Shown piece after piece: positions 11,173-20,828 of a stretch of DNA of 64,000 bases. The notes beneath the pieces are model-generated. The model ran no database searches, was not told the origin of the DNA, and saw nothing but the letters and a program-made list of their open reading frames with translations. This stretch comes from Oligoflexales bacterium (GTDB lineage: Bacteria > Bdellovibrionota_B > Oligoflexia > Oligoflexales > JAPPIL01): the NCBI GenBank assembly GCA_965215515.1, contig OZ244057.1, positions 640,001 to 704,000 on the forward strand. The letters run 5' to 3'. The position numbers and the translations under genes were made by a program. Each line of letters begins with the position of its first letter. The first letter of the stretch is position 1.

Positions 11173-11219
11173 ACGGCAAGTGCGGAGGCTGGAGAGAAAA
11201 TCGGCACACCGTCTCGAGC

Positions 11220-14200
11220 TCAGTGCATGCTCTGCACACCCACCAACTTCTGCACCTGAGCGAGAGGCAACTCCAAAAAAGCCGCGATAGTCTCAACCAG
11301 TGCAGGATTGCCGCGCAACAAAGTTGACTGCGCGGGCACGGTGCTGCGCTCGAATTCGTGATAATTCTGCGTGTGCTTGATCCCAAGCTCCTGCGCCACT
11401 TCCTCCAGAGACATTTTCAAATCGAAACGTTTACGGAACAGAAGCTTGCCACATTCCGAGTAAGTCGCTTTGATAATTTGCGTAACACGGTTCAGAGGAT
11501 CTTTTATCCCTTCAGGAAGAGGCAACGCACCGAGTTCGGAAATTTTTTGCATATAAAAGTTAACCACCTCTTCGATATCGATAACCTTTTGTAAGGCAAC
11601 GTGATCGCTGAGCGCAAAAGCCGTACAAATTCTTTGTAGCTCGTGCTCATCACGCGGCAAACGCTCGCCGTGTAGATACGGTGCAACACTCTCCACCTCC
11701 GCATCGACACGCACGGCCGCGGTGTGTGGTGCAATCCCTGTCGCCCGCAGGCGCGCCGCAAAAGTCTGTTCAAACCCCGCCAAATCTTCTGGCGTAATGT
11801 CTTTCTCCCGCAACCGCTTGACAATCTCGGCGCTCGCCTCCCGCAAGATCGAGGTTTGCTCATCTACCGCGGACGGCTGTTCACCCCCGTCATCCACACT
11901 GGCAGCGGCAATCAACTCCCGCAAGCGTTCGACACTGATCTGTAAAAACTCCGCCATCCGCACCATCGTGTCGGGGCTACCCCGTAACGCCCCCATCGGC
12001 AACGCATCGATGGTGCGTTCTAACTTGCGATAATACTCGTGAGTTTTGATCCCGAGCAGTTTTGCCGCAGCCTCCATCGACATTTGCAGCTCACCACGGC
12101 GCTGCGTCAACAACCGACTGAGTTCGCAGTAGTCCGACATGATAGTCGCTACCCCGCGCTCCAGCACCTCTAGCACCTCCTGAGGCAAAGCGAGTTTCCC
12201 ATAACGGATGGTCTTGGTTATGTAATCACGTAACGCACGTTCGATATCGAGTTGTCGCTTGACTTGCTCGTAAGCACCCAAAGAAAAGTCGCTGCAAAAC
12301 TGCATCAGCTCATGTTTGCCCGTCGGCAAATGCTGGCCCTCAAAACAAGGTTTTATCTTGCTGCGGGACAAGACCGTGCGCCGACAAGCTTCCGCTAAAC
12401 TCACACCCGATGCCCGCAAACGCCCTGCAAACGACTGCCGAAAACTACGCAGCTCAGTCACGCCCAAATTACATCGCTGCAAACTAGCCAGCACACGCTC
12501 CGCGGCAACTCGGCGCGCATAGGCACCGCCATGCTTGTGACGCGGCCGTTGCTCCGCAAACAAGCCCTGCAACTCGTCTTGGGACACCTGCAAGAATGCC
12601 GCTAGGTTAGCCATAATGTGCGGATCTTTCCGTAGATTACGACCGAGCACGGAGGTCGTGGATTGCTCCAACTTGCGATAACTGTTGGAGTTGTGGAGGC
12701 CAAGGCGTTCCGCGGCCTCTCGCTGCGTAATCCGCAATGCACGTCTGCGCCGATAGAGACGCGCCGCAAACTCGGAATACTCGGCCACCACCACCTCTGC
12801 CGCCTGCGCCAATGCCGTACGTATTGCCACGGGGAGAGGCAAATCCCCGACACGGGAAGTGTCCGTCACATAACGGCGCACAATTTTCTCCACCCCGACT
12901 AGCTTCTCCATCTGCGCCACATCCTGCTTGAAAGCACGGCAAACTCTTTTCAGACTGGCGCGATCGACGGGAAACCCTTCCCCCGCGAGATACTGCCGTA
13001 ACCTCGTGCCATCTAATGCACACCGCGCACTGGCTTCTCCGAGACTGACCCCCGCCGCACAAAGATGGGCGGCAAAAGTTTTGTCAAACGCACGCAAGGT
13101 CGCGGCGGTGATACCCTGCTCGGCGAGCAGACGAAGAATATGCTGTGCAGCAAGTTTGGGAGTCTCCGCGGAGACCTTACCTGCCCGTTCCCTTTCCGCC
13201 GCGACAGCCGCCAACTGTGCGGCACGAGCGCGCGGGGCATCGCGCGCCCGTCGTTCCCGTTCTTCATGGCGCTCCGTCGTGGCACTGAGCAAGTTTTCCA
13301 GCATCTGCGGAGTGATGTCGAGAAATTGTGCGAGACGACAGCGCAAACCACTCTCTTGCAAAACCGCCATCCGCCGCGGATACATGCACCATTCTAGTTC
13401 GAGATAATCGTCTGCATCGATCTGCACTGCCCGCGCCACCTGCGCCATCGATAACTGCAAAGCAACACGACGACGAAAAACAATCCGACTCAACTGTGAA
13501 TAGTCGGCCATAATCGTCTCCAACGCCGCGTTCAACACCCGTCGTGACAACATTATCGTGCGCCCTGAGCCACCCTGAAACATTTTGCGCATATACCTGC
13601 GGGTCTTCTCTTCCACCTGCAAAGAGGCACGCAGCTCTTGACCGTAGGTTAGACGAAACGCGCGGCAAACTTTTTTGATGATACCGACACGGAGTGCGGG
13701 TAAACTCAGGCCATGATAGTATAACTTCATGGTAAACGGACTGATTTTGCTAGCACGCACAGCACTTTGCAAACTTACCGCGGCATGTCTGAGGCGCGCC
13801 GCAAAAGTTAGCGGCAGAGCACTCGCGACGGTGTGCTGCGGTAGCCGCGCCAAGCAGGTGCTCAAGGCACGCCTGTCTTTTTTAGCCAACACCTCTTCCA
13901 CCCCCTCAAGGTCTTGACGCATGGTATTGGCGAACAAAAAATCGCCATATTTTTCTTTTTTGTTTTGGTAGATAGTAAGAATTGTTTCAATTTTTATTTT
14001 GGTGCACATGTCGGTCAAATTAAGCTGCAGCGCGGCGGAGATATTTTGCACTGCGGCGGCGGAAAACTGCCATCCGTGCTGTTTACCTCGCAGTTCTTTG
14101 CGCAACATCTTTGCTGTTGCGGGAGTTAGGTGCGATGCGTTGCTCAGCAACGCATCTTTGACACAGGTAAGCCAAGTCTTGTGTTCACGCCGAAAACTTT

Positions 14201-14531
14201 TTAGCGCGGAGCGCGTGATGTTATTTTTGTGCAGAGCCTGGGCAACCAATTCGTTACGTCTTTGGCGGCGAGCGCGTTTACACAACTGCGCAACTCTAGG
14301 GTAATCATTTGCCCACAAGCACGCAGCCAGCCTACGCCTTTCTGAGGCGGCAGGGAAAGCTATCCCTTTTTCCCAGCGGCGGTACACGACGCGCTCTACC
14401 TGTATCTTTTTTGCGACAGTACTGACACTTAGTCGCTTATTTTTGCGCCGTGCGCTAAGATCTCGAGAAAAACCACTGCCCGCGCTGACGGCGGTGCTTT
14501 GCGAGGTAAGAGGGATGAAGATCGACTGCAT
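11220..14531 (-). CDS. Large tandem-repeat protein with multiple XRE/HTH-like modules
   Basis: 1103-aa ORF; N-terminal XRE-type HTH (LSARRKNKRLSVSTVAKKIQV...RRWEKG..FP) and four repeats of about 215-245 aa, each with TFAARLR..GVS and YSE...RR..L..S....A..LGI....Y..LE motifs. Confidence 0.8.
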   Translation of the reverse strand: MQSIFIPLTSQSTAVSAGSGFSRDLSARRKNKRLSVSTVAKKIQVERVVYRRWEKGIAFPAASERRRLAACLWANDYPRVAQLCKRARRQRRNELVAQALHKNNITRSALKSFRREHKTWLTCVKDALLSNASHLTPATAKMLRKELRGKQHGWQFSAAAVQNISAALQLNLTDMCTKIKIETILTIYQNKKEKYGDFLFANTMRQDLEGVEEVLAKKDRRALSTCLARLPQHTVASALPLTFAARLRHAAVSLQSAVRASKISPFTMKLYYHGLSLPALRVGIIKKVCRAFRLTYGQELRASLQVEEKTRRYMRKMFQGGSGRTIMLSRRVLNAALETIMADYSQLSRIVFRRRVALQLSMAQVARAVQIDADDYLELEWCMYPRRMAVLQESGLRCRLAQFLDITPQMLENLLSATTERHEERERRARDAPRARAAQLAAVAAERERAGKVSAETPKLAAQHILRLLAEQGITAATLRAFDKTFAAHLCAAGVSLGEASARCALDGTRLRQYLAGEGFPVDRASLKRVCRAFKQDVAQMEKLVGVEKIVRRYVTDTSRVGDLPLPVAIRTALAQAAEVVVAEYSEFAARLYRRRRALRITQREAAERLGLHNSNSYRKLEQSTTSVLGRNLRKDPHIMANLAAFLQVSQDELQGLFAEQRPRHKHGGAYARRVAAERVLASLQRCNLGVTELRSFRQSFAGRLRASGVSLAEACRRTVLSRSKIKPCFEGQHLPTGKHELMQFCSDFSLGAYEQVKRQLDIERALRDYITKTIRYGKLALPQEVLEVLERGVATIMSDYCELSRLLTQRRGELQMSMEAAAKLLGIKTHEYYRKLERTIDALPMGALRGSPDTMVRMAEFLQISVERLRELIAAASVDDGGEQPSAVDEQTSILREASAEIVKRLREKDITPEDLAGFEQTFAARLRATGIAPHTAAVRVDAEVESVAPYLHGERLPRDEHELQRICTAFALSDHVALQKVIDIEEVVNFYMQKISELGALPLPEGIKDPLNRVTQIIKATYSECGKLLFRKRFDLKMSLEEVAQELGIKHTQNYHEFERSTVPAQSTLLRGNPALVETIAAFLELPLAQVQKLVGVQSMH

Positions 14532-14549
14532 GTCGTGCTCCTTGCTAGT

Positions 14550-15347
14550 TCACTCCGTGCACGGGCGATCACCGAAGACGGGGCGGCGTTTGGCGAGAAA
14601 GGCGGCGATGCCCTCGCGGCTGTCACGATTGCCGAAAACACGCATGAACGCTCGGCGCTCCTGTGCGAGAGCGGCGGTAGTCGTTTCCCCTAACGCGGCG
14701 TGAACGACACGTTTGCACACGGCGATAGCGGTCGGCGATGCAGGCATGGTTCGTTGTAAAAAATCACGTGCCGCGGCCATCATTTCTTCTTTGTTGCCGA
14801 AAACTTTGTCAACCAACCCTATTTTTTCTGCGGCACTAGCTGATATCTTCTGCCCGCTGAAGAGCAGCTCTTTGGCTTTGCTCAAACCGACACGATTGAC
14901 AAGCCGCACACAACCGCCGAACCCTGGGATCAAGCCGAGCAAAACTTCGGGCTGACCGAACACCGCACGGCGCGTGGCAAAGATCCGATCGCAGCTCAGT
15001 GCCATCTCACAACCACCGCCGAGAGCATAGCCCTGCACACAGGCGATGACGGGGAAGGGCATGGATTCCAATAGGGTGCTGACTTCCTGCCCAAGTCTGC
15101 AGAACGTGTCTCCTTCGTCCTTTGTCATTTTTTGCAACGCGGCGATGTCCGCACCAGAGATGAAGGCACGCTCACCCTCGCCTGTGAGTAGCAGGCCGCG
15201 TGTGCTGGGATTATCGCCTTCCGCCAGCAAGAGAGCGCGCAAATCACGCAGCACTGCAGGGGATAGCGAGTTCAACGACTTTTCCCGTGCCACTGCGACG
15301 GTAAGCGTTGCCTGTTCACGTGTCAGCTCTAGCGTTGCGTAGCTCAC
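14550..15347 (-). CDS. Enoyl-CoA hydratase/crotonase
   Basis: AFISGADI, GYALGGGCEMALSCD, GQPEVLLGLIPGFGG; GTG 15347 follows GGAGG (the track ORF starts at 15410). Confidence 0.92.
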   Translation of the reverse strand: MSYATLELTREQATLTVAVAREKSLNSLSPAVLRDLRALLLAEGDNPSTRGLLLTGEGERAFISGADIAALQKMTKDEGDTFCRLGQEVSTLLESMPFPVIACVQGYALGGGCEMALSCDRIFATRRAVFGQPEVLLGLIPGFGGCVRLVNRVGLSKAKELLFSGQKISASAAEKIGLVDKVFGNKEEMMAAARDFLQRTMPASPTAIAVCKRVVHAALGETTTAALAQERRAFMRVFGNRDSREGIAAFLAKRRPVFGDRPCTE

Positions 15348-15406
15348 GGTACGTTCCTCCACCGATACTCGACAAGAGCCACCACTAGCAGTATGTGTTT
15401 GGCCTG

Positions 15407-16213
15407 TCAACCAGGCTTGGTGGCGACGATGTGCAGCAGGAGGGGGGAGGCGTAAAACACGGTGGGATCTGTCGCTAATCGCTCCAACGCCGTGCGGTAT
15501 TGGGCGACTTGCGCGGCGGGCAGATCACCGTCACGGGTGAAGCGGTCGAGAACGGAGTTGATGAACATCGCCATCCACTGCCAAGTGCGGTCGCCCAACC
15601 GCCCGACACGCATTTCGGGCACGATCGAGGTCGGTTGCAATCCCTGTGCGCTCAGTTTCCGCGGCAACTCTCGTCCGACCGCTATATCCGCACGACCCTG
15701 ATAGTGCTGGTGCAAAAACTCTAGCAGTTCGTTGAGAGGGGTGTCGGGGGGAGAAAAACTCCCACCCCCCGCGTAATCGCTGATCAACAACCGCCCGTGC
15801 GGTCGTAACACCCGATAAAACTCGCGCAGCACGCGGTCGAGGTCGGGGACAAAAAGCAAGACGAACTTAACAAAGACAACATCGCAAGACGCATCGGGCA
15901 AGGGCATACTCTGCAAGTCGCTCTCGATGACGGTGATGTTGGTAGAGGCAGCCGCAGTGATGCGTGTGCGCAGGTGTTGCAGATACTTGTCAGTAAAATC
16001 GACCGCGGTCACCTTGCCTGTCTTGCCGACCAGTTTAGCCAACTCCAGACTGGCGTAGCCAGGCCCGCAGCCTGCGTCGAGTACCTGCATCCCCGCGGTG
16101 ATTCCGCCACGCAACCACAGGGCACGAAACCCTTCCCCCAGCACCTCGTGCTGGAAACCGAGTCGTTCGATTTCGTTAGCTAAATCTCCCAGCACATAGC
16201 CACGTCCCGTCAT
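15407..16213 (-). CDS. Class I SAM-dependent methyltransferase
   Basis: VLDAGCGPG motif I, LPDASCDVV, RVLRPHGRL. Confidence 0.88.
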   Translation of the reverse strand: MTGRGYVLGDLANEIERLGFQHEVLGEGFRALWLRGGITAGMQVLDAGCGPGYASLELAKLVGKTGKVTAVDFTDKYLQHLRTRITAAASTNITVIESDLQSMPLPDASCDVVFVKFVLLFVPDLDRVLREFYRVLRPHGRLLISDYAGGGSFSPPDTPLNELLEFLHQHYQGRADIAVGRELPRKLSAQGLQPTSIVPEMRVGRLGDRTWQWMAMFINSVLDRFTRDGDLPAAQVAQYRTALERLATDPTVFYASPLLLHIVATKPG

Positions 16214-16261
16214 TCTCTCTCCCTCCTACGCGGTGGAGACACATATTTGCAACATAATCGA

Positions 16262-16717
16262 TCAAATCACCGCACCTGTCTGTGCCTGTCGCTCGAAACG
16301 CCCTCGCACCGCCTGAAGGCGTTCTTGAATGGCGGACATGATTTTTTCCATCATTTCTACCTCCCACTTATCGCCTTTGAGATTACTCATGTCTCCGTTC
16401 AGCCAGGTCAGCGTCTCGTCGAAGAAAGCGGCAGGGTTGTCGGCTAGGGAATCGTTAAAGGCGTTGAGGAGATGGTTAACCCACACGGCATCCGCGGCGG
16501 CAAGGAGATTAACCAGTCGGTTCAGCTTGCGTGTCGCATCGGCATCATGCCAGCCGCCCGTCACCTGAAAAGGAAACCACTCACGCTCGCGTCGATGCAA
16601 CCACAGCCTCATCTGTCCCGCCACATCGACGATAAAAAAGTCCGAGGGCACAGCACCGTGAAACCCGTCGGGGCGTTTCCAAACGACACGCATCACCCAC
16701 CTCCAGAAACCAGACAC
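16262..16717 (-). CDS. Hypothetical protein
   Basis: Protein-like ORF co-oriented within the lysC-lysA to crotonase run; the start may be 16693 (MRVVWKRPDGFHG). Confidence 0.65.
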   Translation of the reverse strand: MSGFWRWVMRVVWKRPDGFHGAVPSDFFIVDVAGQMRLWLHRREREWFPFQVTGGWHDADATRKLNRLVNLLAAADAVWVNHLLNAFNDSLADNPAAFFDETLTWLNGDMSNLKGDKWEVEMMEKIMSAIQERLQAVRGRFERQAQTGAVI

Positions 16718-16769
16718 CGCCAGAACGTAGCACAGTGGGAAACAATCGGCAAGTTGGTGCTGACCCTAG

Positions 16770-19331
16770 CTAGGACAGCACGATCTCGGGAGCAGGCGGA
16801 CGCAAATTGTAGTGCGAAGCCATCACCGCCCCGTACGCACCCGCGTGTGCGATCAACAGCACATCCCCCTCCTGGCAAGCGGGCAAGCGACGAGCATGTC
16901 CGAAGTTATCTGCTGACTCACAGATCGGCCCTACTACCTCCACCGTTTCTTGTGCATCGTCTGCCGCGAGACGGGTAAGGTTGAAAATTTCGTGATAGGC
17001 ATCGTAAAGCGCGGGACGCAGTAACGAATTCATCCCTGTGTTGACACCGACGAAGTTTATCTGCGCCTTGTGCTTCAACTGTGTAACCTGTGCCAGCAAT
17101 ACCCCCGCGGCGGCGGTAAGATAACGCCCTGGTTCGATCCACAACTCATACCTCGCCGCGACATCTTGCAGGGAAGCATCGACCGCAGCAAAATCAAGCT
17201 CACGCTCCTGCGGGTGTTCTGGCACACCAAAACCGCCGCCGAGATTGAGGACTGTTACCTGTGCGAATTCCTCCGCCAGCTCTGCCAGCAACCGTGCCCG
17301 TCCTTGCCATTCGTAAGGCGCGAGGATTCCGCTGCCCGAATGAGCGTGCAGACCTCTGACGATAATACCATGCTGTCGCACCGCGGACGACATGCGTTCC
17401 CTGTCATGCGGGGCGATGCCGAACTTAGCCCCCACCCCACCTGTCATCACGTGCCGATGATGCCCCTTACTAAAACCAGGGTCAATTCGTAGCATTATCT
17501 CCCGCCCCGCAAACAGTTCTCCCCACCGTTCCAGCACGTAGAGGTTGTCGATCGTCACCATACAACCCCGCGCCAGCGCAAACTCGTACTCGTGCCGTGC
17601 GCAAAAATTAGGCGTGAACAACACCCTGTCCATCTTCAACCGCGGCAAAACCCGCACGATATGCTGTATTTCCTGCTGCGACACACATTCAAAATCGATC
17701 TGTTGCTCTGCCAAAAACTTCAGCAGCGCGGCGTGATGATTGGCTTTCACCGCGTAGAAGATCCGCTGGGCACAGTTCAGCGTGCGCAGTTTCTGCACCG
17801 CGGCATCCACCGCAGTCAGAGAATAAACATACAGCGCCGTATCGTGTTGCACCGCCAACTCCAGCAACTCGCCGCGCTGCCGCTGCCACCACGCGGGAGG
17901 GCGCGGCGGGAAAGCATCCGCACTGGTTTCTTGTAGTTGCAACCAACTGTCACCGAACACTTCCCCTGTCGTCTCCCCCCCAAACAACAGCTGATGTATC
18001 TTGTGCAGCAGACGCTCGCTCTGTTCTTGTGCGACGACGAAGGTTAAATTGAGATCGTTGGCCGACTGTGCGACGAGGTGCACCGTCTGCCGTTCGAAGA
18101 GAGCGAATAGGGGGCCGAGTGCGGGCAACATACTGCGGATATTTCTCCCGATCACGCTGAGGGTAGCGCAGTGCGCAATTTCGGTAACGGTGCAGAATTT
18201 TCGTAACGCCGCGAGCAGGGCAACCAGTTCTGGCTCACGTTCGGCGGTAATTTTGTCCAGCGAGACACTGACACTCGCCTCCGAAGTAGCGATAAGATCG
18301 ACCGAAAAGCGATGCTGCTTGAAACAGGTGAAAATGTCCGCCAGAAACCCCGCCTGCCGCCACATCTTCAAACTTGCCAGGTGCAGCAGCAGCACGTTGC
18401 TTTTTACCGTCACCGCCTTCACCCTACAGGTATCGGTGGTGGGGCGACTCACGACCCGAGTCCCTTGCACCTCAGGATTAGGCAACGAGCGCAGTTGCAA
18501 CTCAACTCCCGTCGCAACGAGCGGTGCGATCGCACGCGGGTGCAACACTTTTGCCCCCATCAACGCAATTTCCTGTGCTTCGGGGCCGCTGAGGGTCTTG
18601 ATTAACCTCGCCTGCGGAATACGACGCGGGTCGGTGGAGTAAAAACCTGGCACGTCGCTCCAAATTTCACAGCGCGTCGCCCCCAATCCTCCCGCCAACA
18701 GAGTGGCGGAAGTGTCAGACCCTCCGCGTCCCAGCAACACCGTCTCGCCTGCACGGTTGCGGGCGATAAAACCTTGCGTGATACACAGCGCGGCATGTGC
18801 AAGTTGTGCGCGTGCATCAGGTCGCGGGCTGAAACAACAATCGCTGTCGAGATAACTGTCGTCGCTGGCTAACAGCAGATCGGGGGCGTGTAACCAGACA
18901 ACCGCCAGTCCCTGCTGCCGTAAAAAACGGTGACCTAACCGCGACGCGATGATTTCTCCGCACGACATCGCCCGTGCCCACAAGGGCGGCGCAACGCGCT
19001 GGTGCGTGCCATGCAGCGACGCTAGCAGGGTGCGCAGGTGTTGCAGCTCCGCTTCGATGTCGGCGAGCTGTGTCACCCCTAGGTCTGTGGCCAAGTTGCG
19101 ATGTTGTGTACACAGACGCTCAAAACGTGTGTGTGGAAACTCCTGCCGCGCCGCACGCAGCAACCGCTCGATCGTGTTCGACACCTGCGACAAAGCCGAT
19201 ACCACCAGCACGATACGGTCAGCAGCGGCACGATGGCGCTGCACGACGGTGAGGATGCGCCGCCAGGAAGCCGCGTCGGCTACCGACGTACCGCCAAACT
19301 TCAACACCAAAGTCATGCGTGCTACTGACAT
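16770..19331 (-). CDS. lysC: Bifunctional aspartate kinase / diaminopimelate decarboxylase (LysC-LysA fusion)
   Basis: N-terminal LKFGGTSV, LGRGGSD and ACT domains; C-terminal YAVKAN (PLP Lys), HAHSGSG, EPGRY, GPICES, GAYG. Confidence 0.93.
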   Translation of the reverse strand: MSVARMTLVLKFGGTSVADAASWRRILTVVQRHRAAADRIVLVVSALSQVSNTIERLLRAARQEFPHTRFERLCTQHRNLATDLGVTQLADIEAELQHLRTLLASLHGTHQRVAPPLWARAMSCGEIIASRLGHRFLRQQGLAVVWLHAPDLLLASDDSYLDSDCCFSPRPDARAQLAHAALCITQGFIARNRAGETVLLGRGGSDTSATLLAGGLGATRCEIWSDVPGFYSTDPRRIPQARLIKTLSGPEAQEIALMGAKVLHPRAIAPLVATGVELQLRSLPNPEVQGTRVVSRPTTDTCRVKAVTVKSNVLLLHLASLKMWRQAGFLADIFTCFKQHRFSVDLIATSEASVSVSLDKITAEREPELVALLAALRKFCTVTEIAHCATLSVIGRNIRSMLPALGPLFALFERQTVHLVAQSANDLNLTFVVAQEQSERLLHKIHQLLFGGETTGEVFGDSWLQLQETSADAFPPRPPAWWQRQRGELLELAVQHDTALYVYSLTAVDAAVQKLRTLNCAQRIFYAVKANHHAALLKFLAEQQIDFECVSQQEIQHIVRVLPRLKMDRVLFTPNFCARHEYEFALARGCMVTIDNLYVLERWGELFAGREIMLRIDPGFSKGHHRHVMTGGVGAKFGIAPHDRERMSSAVRQHGIIVRGLHAHSGSGILAPYEWQGRARLLAELAEEFAQVTVLNLGGGFGVPEHPQERELDFAAVDASLQDVAARYELWIEPGRYLTAAAGVLLAQVTQLKHKAQINFVGVNTGMNSLLRPALYDAYHEIFNLTRLAADDAQETVEVVGPICESADNFGHARRLPACQEGDVLLIAHAGAYGAVMASHYNLRPPAPEIVLS

Positions 19332-19355
19332 ACCCTGCGCGTCGCCCCGCTTGTT

Positions 19356-19514
19356 CGCTTGCTAGCTCCGCTAGGCTTGTTTGCCGCTTGCTAGCTCCGC
19401 TAGGCTTGTTTGCCGCTTGCTAGCTCCGCTAGGCTTGTTTGCCGCTTGCTAGCTCCGCTAGGCTTGTTTGCCGCTTGCTAGCTCCGCTAGGCTTGTTTGC
19501 CGCTTGCTAGCTCC
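19356..19514. repeat. Perfect 29-bp tandem repeat (VNTR), 5 full copies plus 14 bp
   Basis: Unit CGCTTGCTAGCTCCGCTAGGCTTGTTTGC at 19356, 19385, 19414, 19443, 19472 and a partial copy at 19501; no spacers. Confidence 0.97.
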
Positions 19515-19690
19515 TTGCATATTTTACCCCGAAGACAAGCCTCTGCCTAGCGACAAAGGGCTTTTTCGGATAAATCTGGTTAGCTCTGTTATCCCGACAT
19601 TACCTCAGCGCGTTTGCACCCCTCGGCGGTGGCTGTCGGAGTTGCACCGACCTTTGGCAGGCAATAGCGACGGATATCGGCAAGGGTCAC

Positions 19691-20641
19691 TCAGCGCTCA
19701 CCGCGCGGCGTCTTAATCCTCCCCCACGTCGTGGCAACCTTCTCCGCACCGTCGGCCGCGAGCGCAGTGTTGCTGATTCTTACCAGTGCAGGCGGGGCGG
19801 CGACCGCGTAGGGCAGACCGTCGTCGTTGTAGCCGATGTGGAGGGCTACCAACGCGCCGCTTTCCTTCACGAAGATGGGGGAAGAAATACTGGAGGGCAT
19901 TTGGGGAACGACACAGCTGTGCATCGCAACTCCCTGCTTGACGAAAAAATTACCCGCGACACAGCTGCGCCGCATGGCAGGGTAGGCAAAGAAGCCGAGC
20001 TCGTTGTCGACAAGATCGGCACGATAGGTGAGCATTTCCAACTCGGTAAGCATCTTCATCGGCCAGAGCTCAACTTTGACTGGCTCGTACTCGCTCAGAT
20101 CAACATCAGCAACGCTCAGTACCAGCAGATCGAGAAAACTCCGCTCTGGATGCAGCAAGACTTTCTTCACCTCAATCGCAATTCCCTGCTCGATCAAACC
20201 ATCGTAGCCGACCAGTGAAACTTCCACCTCGTCGAGAATGTCGTGTGCCACCCCCTTGCCATCACGAACAACCGTGAAAGCACGCAACCCCGCCAACAGC
20301 GGCTCGTCATCCTCGTTCATACCGAGATACTCGACATGCATGACCCGCCACAGGTCTCCCGCGTCGAGTAGCAGATAAAAGGTAGACTTGAGATGGGAGG
20401 CAGAGCGGCTATTAACCCGTTGCCAATTCTCTTGCGCCACAACCGACGGCACAGGCGCAGACAACGATAGCGTCGCCGCCGCCAGCGCGGTAGCTAGAGC
20501 CTGCTTGCCACCCTGAGCGAACGTGGCCAGACCACCAGCCTCCGCTACCCGCTGCACGAGCTGAGGCAGCGAAGGGCGCGCAACACCCAACGCGACAGCC
20601 GATACGACGACCGACAGCAGCACGAAAACCCTGATCATCAC
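19691..20641 (-). CDS. Exported protein, degenerate trypsin-like fold with KxATTWGxIK C-terminal motif
   Basis: Signal peptide; DLLVL and HSC...PSSISSPIF...GALVALHIG resemble S1 protease motifs; ends EKVATTWGRIKTPRGER. Confidence 0.65.
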   Translation of the reverse strand: MMIRVFVLLSVVVSAVALGVARPSLPQLVQRVAEAGGLATFAQGGKQALATALAAATLSLSAPVPSVVAQENWQRVNSRSASHLKSTFYLLLDAGDLWRVMHVEYLGMNEDDEPLLAGLRAFTVVRDGKGVAHDILDEVEVSLVGYDGLIEQGIAIEVKKVLLHPERSFLDLLVLSVADVDLSEYEPVKVELWPMKMLTELEMLTYRADLVDNELGFFAYPAMRRSCVAGNFFVKQGVAMHSCVVPQMPSSISSPIFVKESGALVALHIGYNDDGLPYAVAAPPALVRISNTALAADGAEKVATTWGRIKTPRGER

Positions 20642-20828
20642 CGCTCACCTCCCGATTAAAATTTATGGTTGCAGATCACGAGCGCGGTGCTACACCCAAT
20701 TTAGCCCCGCAGTCAAGGATCAATTTAGGCTCGGCAGAGATTGAGGCACGGCAAATAACTCTTCAGTTTCCGACGAGTGTCTGATAGCCTGGCATGGTGT
20801 TGGTACAACTGATCTGTGAGGCTATGCC

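Noticed and set aside
19356..19514. CRISPR array (29-bp repeat with an internal palindrome)
   Set aside because: The units are head-to-tail with no spacers, and there are no cas genes in the window
19515..19690. Lysine riboswitch upstream of lysC
   Set aside because: I could not find the conserved AGAGGUGC, GCCGAA or ACUGUC elements on the - strand; an Rfam scan would settle it
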